Positions 13,717 through 24,468 of a stretch of DNA of 64,000 bases are shown in pieces. This DNA is from Octopus sinensis (taxonomy: Eukaryota): assembly GCF_006345805.1 (NCBI RefSeq), contig NC_043013.1:29884001-29948000 (forward strand). Reading direction: 5' to 3'. Each line of letters opens with the position of its first letter. The first letter of the stretch is position 1. The notes beneath the pieces were generated by a model. It was not told where the DNA came from. It did no database searches and saw only the letters and a program-made list of their open reading frames with translations. The position numbers were made by a program, and so were the translations under genes.

Positions 13717-14254
13717 GGTAAGTCCACTCGTCCAGAATGAATATAAGAGACGTGATGACAATATAGCAAGGGTTGTCCATTGGACACTTTGCAAAAAGAA
13801 TGGACTTGACAGAGTAAACAAATGGTACGAACATAAACTCGAAGGCATCCTTGAAAATGGAAATGCAAAGATCCTATGGGATTTTATAATTCAGTGCAAC
13901 CATAAGATAGAGAATAGGAAACCAGACATAGCGTTAATTGAGAAAGAAAGCAAACGATGCTGGATCATAGATATAGCATGCCCAGCTGACAACAAGGGAT
14001 GCGATAAGGAAGAAAGAAAAGTCGATAGATGTAACAGGTTAGCTTTGAAGGTTAAGCAGTTGTGATCGCCGAAAAAGGTGGTAGTAGCACCAATCATTAT
14101 CGGAGCCCTGGGAACAGTAATAAAAAATTTTGAGAAGTACATGGAACAAATAGGGGCTGCATTAAGGGTGGAGTACTTGCAGGAAACAGCGCTGCTTGTA
14201 ACCTCTCGAATACTCCGTATGGTGCTCGAAAAATAAGGGGTGCTCGAAAAATAA
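13717..14254 (+). mobile_element. R4/Dong-like subfamily C, 3' fragment (REL endonuclease)
   Basis: ORF 13703-14065 (EYKRRDDNIARVVHWTLC..KWYEH..ILWDF..NRKPDI..IIDIACP) continues past one stop to IGALGTV..QETALL..RILRMVLEK*. It starts in an AAT run. Confidence 0.85.
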
Positions 14255-14259
14255 TAATA

Positions 14260-14707
14260 ATGCCGATACACACAGATAGAGAAATTAAGGCCAACAGACC
14301 AGATATAGTTGTCAGAGATCATGAAGAAAAAAAATGCTTTCTGATTGATATATCAATACCGGCTGATGACAATGTGTCTCTAAAAGAAATGGAGAAACTC
14401 TCAAAATACAAAGACCTGGAAATAGAGGTAACTAGAATGTGGAATCTGAAAACAGAAACAATTCCTATCATAGTAGGTGCATTAGGCATGATAAAAAAAT
14501 ATTCAGACAAATACATAACAAAAACACCAGGACTTACAAACACATATAACATACAGAAAAGTGCACTACTAGGCACTGCACACATCCTACGCAGAACACT
14601 TTCCATACAATAACCATCAGAGCATCACAACAAATCACAGCACATACCCAAGGCACACAGAGCTGCGCTCGGTAGTGAAGTGAAAGCACGCTATAAAACT
14701 AAAGCTA

Positions 14708-14711
<4 letters not shown>
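14260..14711 (+). mobile_element. R4/Dong-like subfamily B, young 5'-truncated copy
   Basis: ORF 14260-14613 is open (MPIHTDREIKANRPDIVV...ILRRTLSIQ) with full UTR, followed by (AAT)n at 14711-14787. Confidence 0.93.
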
Positions 14712-14789
<78 letters not shown>

Positions 14790-15286
14790 GCTCTGATGCA
14801 ATACCAAGCAGTGACTCTCATAGCTTCTGATCTTAACTGATTGGAAGTGTTATCATGCCCATATTTTGTCACAGTACAGATTGTCAGATGCTTGGCCTGA
14901 ACTATTTGAGCATGTCCCTTAGTTGCTGACTATATCTGCATCTTTGATCATGAGCAGGAGTAGTGAGGGAGCATCATAACCATGTGTTGAGATGAATTTT
15001 TTAGGTTTTATATAATTAACTCTTAGAAACATTGGTTTTTCGCTCGTCATCCTTAAAGAACTCTTATTCGGGGGTCCTTTTGAGTCACTCGACTGGAAAG
15101 AAAAATTCCAACTGGGACTCATCTGTAAGTTCATGCGCTTGTTATGAGGTCATCGTGTCGATATATATATGTTTGTGTCACATGTGCCTGGTGTAACCTT
15201 ATCAGACGGGTAGTCATGATGGGTATATTGGGCTTCGTATATTTGCATCCCAGGGTCACTTTGAAGGCAGCGCTGCTCTCAGAAAG

Positions 15287-15412
15287 CTAGGATATTTAAG
15301 AAGCCTTTTGATATCTAAGGTTACTTGTAGCCCGATATCAAGACATTTTTTCTTTTCCAACAGTCTAATCTGTTGTACGTATATGAAACAAGAACAACTA
15401 CTACAACAGCAA
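15287..15412 (+). mobile_element. R4/Dong-like subfamily A, extreme 3' end only
   Basis: AGGTTACTTGTAGCCCGAT..AAGA..TTTTTCTTTTCCA.CAGTCTA.TCTGTTGT matches the UTR at 1731-1800. Confidence 0.75.
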
Positions 15413-15414
15413 TA

Positions 15415-15556
15415 ATGTTTTCTGCTCTAGGCACAAGGCCCGAAATTTTTGGGGATGAGGCCAATCGATTAGATCGACCCCTGTACGCAACTGGTACTTA
15501 ATTTATCGACCCCAAAAATATGAAATGCAAAGTCGACCTCGGCAGAATTTGAACAA
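15415..15556 (-). mobile_element. SINE family S2 fragment
   Basis: Reverse complement of GTTCAAATTCTGCCGAGGTCGACTTTGCATTTCAT..GGGGTCGATAAATTAAGTACCAG. Confidence 0.75.
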
Positions 15557-15616
15557 CATAAGTGTGGAAGATTGTATAATTATAGAAAAAGGGTCTCTAA
15601 TATTTAATTTCGGAAA

Positions 15617-16095
15617 GCGCCGAGCCGGCAGAAACGTTAGCACGCCGGGCGAAATGCGTAGCCGTATTTCGCCCGCCGTTACGTTCTGTGTTCAAATTCG
15701 GCGGAGGTCGACTTTGCCTTTCAACCTTTCGGGGTCGATAAATTAAGTACCAGTTACACATTGGGGTCGATATAATCGACTTGATCCGTTTGTCTGTCCA
15801 TGTTTGTCCTCTCTGTGCTTAGCCCCTTGTGGGTCGAAAAGAAATAGGTATTTCGTCTGCCGCTACGTCGTGAGTTCAAATTCGGCCGAGGTCGACTTTG
15901 CCTTTCATCCTTTCGGGGTCGATAAATTAAGTATCAGTTACGCACTGGGGTCGATATAATCGACTTAATCTGTTTGTCTGTCCTTGTTTGTCCTCTCTAA
16001 GTTTAGCCCCTTGTGGGTAGTAAAGAAATACGTATTTCCTGTTTCTTTACGTTCTGAGTTTAAATTCTTCCGAGGTCGCCTTTACCTTACATCCC
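15617..16095 (+). mobile_element. SINE family S2, one full copy plus two head-less tandem units
   Basis: Units restart at GTATTTC directly after AAGAAATA, at about 15847 and 16031. Confidence 0.85.
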
Positions 16096-18111
16096 CGCAT
16101 CTCATACTGCCTTTGAGAATCCTGATATTGGGAAACTTGTTAAATTAATGTAAAAGATTCTTCTGGAAAACTTCCAGTACATATTCAACGTCGGTGATGA
16201 GAAAGCGTTCACGAATTGTCTCTAATTTTATAGGGAGTGACTTATAAGTAGTTCAAAATAAGTAGCACTTCGATGGGGTGTTGACAGTAATCTAAATAAT
16301 AAAAATATACATAGTATGTTCTTTGTATTTAGTAATGTTCCGCACTTTTGGAATCACAAATATATAGCATATACACAGCTTCACATATATGTATCTGTGA
16401 GCAAGTACATATATGTAGACACACACACAGGTTTGACGAGTTTTAACGCACATGAATAAGTACCCACACGCATATTGTTGAAAGAAAGACGATGAAATCG
16501 ACATAATCGTGTTTATAGTGTTGATAACACAGAGCCTGTAGATATTCACACGAGATTATCCAATAGATGTCAACTTTGTAAACACAATCTCTTTTGTCTG
16601 TCTCGATGATTAGATAAAAATAGTTAGATGCAATCAGTAGCTTTTCATTAGATAAAACGTACTTGTCAATATCTCGTAGTTAAAACCTTCGTTGATCTTA
16701 ACTTGATGCAGATATCCAATAACTGTAAAGACTAATTTGTTTAAAAACAATATACGTCGGGACATTCGCTTTAAACAATAAACATGATTCAATATTACTG
16801 AAATGAAACTTTATGTTAAGATATAATGTTTTTAGTTTATCTAAACTTCTCTTTGTCTTTCTTTAAATATTTTTTTTTTAGTGGGGACGTTTGTAAACAT
16901 TACAGTTAAATTTGAATTCTGTTAGTGATTTCAGTAATGAAATCTAAATTTAATTAAACTGGAATGAAATTTGATTTTTCTGATGAGGTTTCTAACGCAT
17001 AAATCAATAGGTCCCCTGCAGTTTTAATAACGAAGTCTCGTGTGTGTGTGATGATTTACATTCTACACATTAAACTGTTTAGGTTTCGCAGTCTACAGAC
17101 TTTATAATAGTTTATCAATTTCAGTAATTCGTAAACACAATGAATGTTCGAAACATCGTTAAGCAATTTACTGCAATAATTTTTCGTACCTATAATACGC
17201 TCCAATAATGATATCCCAGAGTGAGATACGCTTCGTCAGTCTTCTCTATATTTTCTGATGTGACTACATAACGCTGTATATTAACTTATTTTAAGTTAGG
17301 AAGGTTAGTATACTGGTTTATAAGGTGGTACCACTGATTTAATGATAATCGGTGAAAGACGCACAGCACATTGGCAAGAATACCAGTTAAGCTGTTACAG
17401 TCTAATCTGTTGTACGTATGTAGTAGTTGTTCTTGTTTCATATAAGTACAACATATTAGACTCTAACAGTTAAGCTGTTACAACAGATTCGAACTTAAAT
17501 TTGATTTTGATTTTTCTAGTTTCAGCTAGTGAGCTGTGGCCATGCTGGGGCACCGCCAAAATACTTTGTGTTTTTTTTTATTCTACCCAAATCACGTATA
17601 CACTTCGCTGTCAAATTCACCATCGAAAATACAGTGAAACTGTGATCGGTGCAATAGAAAACTATCACCAACAGCGGTGATATTGGTTTCAATTTTCGGT
17701 ACAAAACCCTGTCGTTCAGAGGAGGGAGTGACTCTATTACAGCTAGTCCAGTACTCAAATGTAATTCCTTTTATCGACACCAAAAGGATGAAAGGTAAAG
17801 TCGATCGCAGCGCAATTTGCATACGGAACATAAAATCAAACGAAATACCGCTAAACATATATAGCCCGGTATGTGAAAGATTCTGTCAGCTCGCCGCCTT
17901 GTCAACGCCTTGTCAACGATAATATTAAATAAATGTTAAGAAGGATGAGGAAAACAATCATGAATTACGCAGTACTCCTCGCGCTTAATGTGTTAATAAT
18001 ATTTACCTCGACATAAGACATCATAAGACTCACTGAATCTAGTCGCATGTTCAATAAATTAGCTTATAATTTGCTAGCTAATGTTTGATCTTGCCAAAAC
18101 CGGAGCAGTGT

Positions 18112-18285
18112 ACTATGTATATATATTAATAGTGACAGTATGACATCAAAAGAATGAATGAGACCTCGATATTATGTAAATAGAGGAAGATGTAACAATT
18201 ATTCGGTTGTCACGAAAACACTCCTAGTTTCGGATGTCGGGGCGGAAATCTGCTCCGGCATCTCGTCAGTTATTAAGACAAACAA
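18112..18285 (-). mobile_element. PLE pseudo-LTR relic with hammerhead motif
   Basis: Shares TTCCTCTATTTACATAATAT.GAGGTCTC.TTC.TTCTTT with 20915-20955; ends in a short TA run; contains the hammerhead at 18213-18275. Confidence 0.65.
18213..18275 (-). ncRNA. Type I hammerhead ribozyme motif, decayed
   Basis: Minus strand reads TAATAA CTGACGA GATG...CATC C GAAAC TAGGA GTG. The core is canonical and stem II is GATG/CATC, but stem I and the cleavage triplet are mutated. Confidence 0.6.
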
Positions 18286-18779
18286 AAGAGCTATTAGAAT
18301 GACCGTTAAATAAAGGGGAAAAGACGGTCATATGTGTGTGTCTGTGTTTCTGTGTGTGTGCGTGCATGTGTGGGTGAGTGTGTGTGTGTGTGTGTGCGCA
18401 CGCGTGTGTGGGAGTGTGCGTGTCTGTGTGTGCACACTAATACGACTGTGGTTCTAAATACATTTGACTTCATGGTACACTGAAGATCGAATAAGCTAAA
18501 ACTCCCATACTTCGCGTTAAAAGTAGGGGCTGTGTCATTGAAATTAAATGTTTAGAAAATATATAGAAAACTATTGCTTAACATGTTTTATAAAACATAA
18601 ACCTAGCCTTATATGTTTAAAATTCCATGCGGTACAGTTTTAGAATCTCTGTAGAGGCCTTTATGAACCTGCGACTATATGAGATTATCCTTGCAAAATC
18701 TCTTTCCACGCATATCTAAGGTCTAAAAGAACGAACTCTAATATACTTTCTACTGAAATTTTGTGGGAAAATGCTAGCC

Positions 18780-18930
18780 GATTACATCTGCACCATTATT
18801 CAACTGGTACTTATTTTATCGATCCTGAAAAGCAAAGTCGACCTCAGAGGATTTTGAACTCAGAATGTAAAGACGACGGATATAATGTGCTAGGCATTTT
18901 GCTTGGCGTTCTAACAACTCTGCCAGCGCG
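18780..18930 (-). mobile_element. SINE family S2, decayed
   Basis: CAACTGGTACTTATTTTATCGATCC..AAAGTCGACCTC..ATTTTGAACTCAGAA..CTCTGCCAGCGCGGCGCC. Confidence 0.7.
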
Positions 18931-19665
18931 GCGCCTGAGGTGCAACCTCTAATATTGATTAATGTAGATGTTCGAAAGTATGTTTGTTGCTTTCATTACT
19001 CTCTTAAAAATCAAATCCAGTTCCGTTTCGAGTTTTCTATATTTCACAAAATTTCAGAATTTCCTTTAATTAACGTTATGAAATTAACCTCTCTCATTTG
19101 CTTTCAGATTTTAAATTTCAAAAAGCGAGGTTTTTTTAAGTAATCAAAAATAGCCAACAAAGCGAAGTTTCTCAAAAGAGTATGTAAAATACTTGAAACA
19201 TTACCGTATCCTTACTTGGGTATGCTGAGTGTTCTGACGTATTTACGACGACCAGATTATATATAAAGAAGCCAACAAGAAAAGTCTCATGATCATTCGA
19301 AATGTTTGTAGATATAACAGTAATATGCTTCTATAACTAGGGCAGAAATATATAAACATAATATAAACGACGTCGGTGATGTATCTTCTAAACGTCAAAT
19401 AATCTGCTAAAAATATCTGCCAAGTCTCCCTCGGTCTCAGTCTGCTATATTAAAAAGTGAAGGACACATACTGACAAATGAAAGAAATGATAGTTTTACG
19501 TGTTATCTTGCTGATCACAGATATGCTTAATCAGGGTTGACTGCCAGCTAACAAGAAAAAAGCGAAAGAGATAGATTCTATGTGTGCGAGAAATAGTGGC
19601 AAGATTTCCTTAAATCACACCCAAAGATTTTATAAAAGGAACAATGAAACATAATAGATAATGAC

Positions 19666-19712
<47 letters not shown>

Positions 19713-19715
19713 ATA

Positions 19716-20165
19716 GTGGAAATATGTTACAAAAAGAAAATATAAAATACACGTGGAAATGTAAGGGTAGAATATGAAAAATCAACGAAAATGCACATTT
19801 CAAATAAAAAAAGGCTTTTTATGAAAGGTAATGACAAATATATACATTTAGATGGATTGAGGTAGTAATAAAAGTCATAAAAGTCATTATTATGAGATGA
19901 TTATAAGATGATAATAAAGTAAGAAAACAAAGCGAACTATGGTTTCCGCAAAAAGCTATTCATCGCTTTGAAAACACCGGCTAATACACGGTGTCAGATC
20001 TAATGTCTATTACTTTATTATCATCTTATAATCATCTCATAATAATGACTTTTATGACTTTTATTACTACCTCAATCCATCTAAATGTATATATTTGTCG
20101 TTACCTGTCATCAAAAGCTTTTTTTTATTTGCAATGTGCATTTTCGTTGATTTTTCATATTTTAC

Positions 20166-20168
<3 letters not shown>
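19716..20168 (-). mobile_element. Fold-back element between two (TA)n arrays, probably a PLE pLTR relic
   Basis: Arms 19765-19922 and 20010-20168 are reverse complements with few mismatches. The spacer has a hammerhead-like motif at 19929-19969. Confidence 0.65.
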
Positions 20169-20209
<41 letters not shown>

Positions 20210-20789
20210 TATATATATTATATATATATATATGTATGTATGTATGAGTGGGCAGTTTTAGATGTGTTCGGGCATAAGAATGCATATATATATATAGACG
20301 TTTTTACTTAGTATTTTTCCATTTTCTTAGAGTTTTTGGGTGGGGGGGGCATATGTATATTCATTTTTTTGTATATGTGTGTGTATGCGTATATAAACCT
20401 GCGGGTATGTACATATATGAGCGTGTGTGTGTATGAGTGCATAAGGGCATGTCCGTATATGAACGTGGTTTTATGCTTTGTATACTTCCTTATGTTTTTT
20501 CTGTTACCTTTAATCATGGTTTTTCTTGTGCTTGTGCGTATATAGACGTATGTATGAACTTTTACGGTACGCGTGTGTGTGTGTATGAGTTTGTATATAT
20601 ATGCGTATATATTTGGCGAAAAATGCGAGTGAAGATGTGTATGTTTTCATAGTGACGTATAAGTACGCACGTGGGTTCGCGAGCGCACATGTGAGCGTAT
20701 GACTAGCCATGTTTACGTGTTTACTTTTAATTTTATATAAGTAGCAGAATTATAACACAGTAATTTCCCTTTATATAACGGTATTTTTT

Positions 20790-20977
20790 CTTAGCATTTT
20801 TTCAGATGGCCAGATAACCGAAGAGATGGTGTTGTGGATTTCCACTTCGGCATCTGGAACTCAGAGTTTTATCTTGACTATTGAGTAATTGTAACATATT
20901 ATTTTATAGATAAATTTCCTCTATTTACATAATATTGAGGTCTCTTTCTTTCTTTTGTTATCTTACCGTTTTTACCA
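20790..20977 (+). mobile_element. PLE pseudo-LTR relic with hammerhead motif
   Basis: Same family as 18112-18285; ends at the TA array 20978-21032. Confidence 0.65.
20812..20874 (+). ncRNA. Type I hammerhead ribozyme motif, decayed
   Basis: AGATAA CCGAAGA GATG...CATC T GGAAC TCAGA GTT TTATCT: perfect 6-bp stem I, stem II GATG/CATC, two core substitutions. Confidence 0.55.
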
Positions 20978-20986
20978 ATATATATT

Positions 20987-21034
<48 letters not shown>

Positions 21035-21941
21035 GTGAAATAGAAAGATGAATAATCTTGTAGTAGATTAATCAAAAGTTTAACCGATACCTTAGTAGCA
21101 AAAATCACAGCAGTGAACAGCACGGTTGGAGGTACAACCATCTGGCGTTGCAGCCGTGCGTTGGTGCGGATAATTGAAATTAAAACATTATTGGTGAATT
21201 GAAGAAATGGAGCTGAACGCAGATTGAACAGAAATCGTTTTATTTCATTCTACACGTGTTTCGAAAGGCACAAATTACCAAAATCCGATTGAATAATGGG
21301 ACCATATTGTGTCTTTCTCTTCAGGAAGAAAAAAGGAAATCCGTTGGAAAAACAAAACAGAACAGAGGCAGAGCAAAAAACAAATCGAACTGTGCTCCTA
21401 AGAGCCCATGGCGAAACTGTTTATCAGTGTATGTTGAGAACCGGTGGCTGAAGAATTCAACAGGTCAGGCATCGGTCAATCATGTGGGTGAGGGTGTATA
21501 GATGTTCTTTGTGACCGAGAATAAAGTTCTGACTATTTAAAGAATATTGGATGTTTTATAAGGGGCGAGAAAAAATCTACTTAGAGACGTGTGTGTGTGT
21601 ATACTGTTCTATATATGTGTGTGTTGGCGTAGGGGTAGAAAACATTTTTTGTGTACGTGTGTGCGTTTGATCGTTCGGCTGTCAGTGGCTACTGCCGTGA
21701 TAACCGTTGGGTGGCAGAAAGAAAAAAAATAAAGAAATTATATATATATATTATGTTTTATGTGTGTGTGTGTGTGTGTTCATCTCAGCCTGCCTTGACA
21801 AGGAAACCCCCCGCTGTGAAAAAACAAGCCCCGTTTGTCTTACAGGAGTAATTTCCCTTGCAGTGGTTAATTGTAGATATCTTAAAATCTATTTCAGAAT
21901 TTGTTACCAAGGGCTATGGGTGCCGGTCTTATTTATAAACG

Positions 21942-24468
21942 CTATTTAAAGGCCAGATAAGTGTAACGCCGCCAATGGGGGCATCGAAAAGCCGACTGTA
22001 AGAGCCCGTTTACCATCCGGCCTCTGGCAAACAAAATATGGAAGAGTTCGGAGACACAAAGGTTGCACTGTCTTCTGCCCCTATCAAATGGGAGGGCCAC
22101 CGACAAAATTGACCATTCCAGCCTATAGCTTAAGTTCGCATCCTTCAGTCGCCATATTAGCTTACTGAGTCCCGTGGTCTGGCGCTTGTTCACGTCCCGA
22201 AAAGTTGCGTAATGGTTGGAGACACGCAAAGACAATCTTGAGGATGATGCCCCTATATAAGTGAAGGCATCTGAGTCCGTGTAAACCTTGCATTGGTAGA
22301 CGGCGTTTTTGATCTTGGAGTTCGCCGACGTGAATCTTACTCTGCTAGGATTGGTTTCTGAAATTAGAACTGCGTTCCTGTCACTATATTCGTTCCGAGA
22401 CCTGCAGCCGCTTACTACTCTATTTTCCACTACGTCACTATTAACTATAGGAATAACCCCTGATTCTCCACTATCTATCAGAGTGCTGTCATTGCTACTG
22501 CCCGTGGTACTGCTATTGCGGGAAATGATGCTGGGGATGCTAAAGGGGCTCTCTACCCTACTCCCATTGTTACCATCAACCACAACACCCCTGTTTATAA
22601 CTATACCCCTAGTGGGTACTCCCTGGCTGGAGCTGAGATTATGTGTCACTGTACTGGCTCTCATATCATTATTACTACTATAATTATTCCTACTGAGCAT
22701 TAAACCGGGAGCGGAAGAGGCTGTGCCTCCGGAAAAAGGTGATAGGGTCTTAGTAAGTAGCCTATTATTATGGGAGGCGATTATCTGGGCGAGGTTTTTA
22801 GTGTTGGAGAAAGCTATCCTAACTTTATGTGAGTTAACCGTGGAGTAATATTTGGAATTTCTGGGGAAGTTATTGGCGATGGCTTGTCTAAACATGAGGG
22901 GGAGGTTAGTTCTAATCTGCTTACCAAAGGGGATTACAAACCATATATGCTTATTCCTATCAGTGTGATGGGTCGGGACGCCAGCTCTCGCATTTGGGTG
23001 GGTGATTCTCGGATGAATAACGGGTCTTGGGTTAGTGTAAGACCTCCCGGACCGATAATTATCCTTGTTCGCTAAATTAAATGCGGGAGCGACTACCCCG
23101 GTATCCGCCGCGCTCCCGTCCTTACTTAAAATGTTAATGTTATTATATACGGCCCTATCCTGATGACCGAATGATGGCATCGGAAGGGCCGGATCAATAT
23201 AAATTACCTTCTGCCTATAACCGGCCTTGGATAGTGCGGCGTTATAAAAATCCGCTTTCTGCATAAAAATATCGGCACTGGCGGACAGGCCAGACAATCT
23301 TAGAGAGATGTTTTTAACCAAATTGTCTGTTACGGTTTTGGCATGATTTGAGAAGACACTGACATACTTCAAATTAGTGGAAGGCTTATGGTAAGGGCAG
23401 TATGAGTCGCTATTAAGGTTAAGTGTAACGTCTAGGAAATTAGCCTTGGTGAGTTCGTTATCAAAAACTATACTCATGCCCATTCTATTAAAAAACCTAG
23501 CTAACCTGCTCTTAGTTTTCTGCACTATTCTGTTCGTGGTGTTTTGCAGGTAAAACAGACAATCGTCACGATACAGGCCGCCCGCGATCTCCGGGAATTG
23601 ATCGGACAATTCGTAGAGAATATATATTCCGACCAAATCGGCTATCTGCGCACTATCCGAACTACCCATAGGCACATCAAATTCATTGGGAGTATCCTTA
23701 CGGATCCACAGCTTATTATCAAACTTAATAAACGATTTCCTGGCAACTAAAATGATATCTATCTCTTCTCTGGTGAGGCCTGCCTTGTTGTGAGCATGCC
23801 AGAGGGCCTTATTTAGCACACTAGGGTTAATCGAGGGGTAGAAGCTGGCGATATCAAACTGAATGAACCTAGTACGGTTCTTATTGGGGATGGAAGAGAA
23901 CCACTTCACTACCTGCGAGGAGTTGGCCCAGAGGCTGAGCTTCAGCTTGTTTACTAAAACAGGGATATATTTATCTAAAATGTACTTACTGATTATCCCG
24001 ATATCAGATCTAGCAGGGCATATGAGTCTTAGCGCTGGGTTGGTGTGGAAGTTAGGTTTATGGTCCTTCACTATAAATCTGGGTTGCTTGGGGCTAAGCG
24101 GCTGAGTTCTCATTTGAATTCGGTGTTTAAATATTATATCCTTAATTTCCAAGTTTACCTTCCTCAGGGTACTCCAATTGGTTTTTCTATAATTTTTCTT
24201 GATCTCTTTACCGAGTAAATCTAGGTACTGCTTAATGGGCATCTTGTATGTGTTCCTGGTCTTGTCGGACTGGACCAGGACTCCGTCCGTTCTATTAATG
24301 TCCTTGGTAATTTTATCTAGGTATCTGAGGTGGGCATTTCTCCTGGGTGACTTCCTGAACTTAATCTTTCTAACTATGTCCCACAAGTCGTCCTCAAACT
24401 TCTTCAGTCTTGGGTTCGGTGGCGGCGTATCCAATGTTTTAAAAAGCTGGCCGTATTCGGACGATGCA
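21942..24468 (-). CDS. PLE polyprotein: RT + C-terminal GIY-YIG endonuclease (resembles the Hydra clade), open but 5'-truncated
   Basis: QFDIASFYPSI (motif A), PMGS..SAQIADLVG (B), GLYRDD (C); endonuclease AVYQCKV..YIGAS..R.SNH, CNLC..E, CPH. The first nine residues in the ORF track (TTG start at 24494) come from the antisense of the other arm. Clade assignment is from memory. Confidence 0.92.

Noticed and set aside
21400-21480. Possible hammerhead in the young PLE's UTR (GAAACTG..CAGT..CTGAAGA)
   Set aside because: It is on the antisense strand, the stems do not close in hammerhead topology, and the cleavage triplet does not fit. I found no canonical hammerhead in this element.
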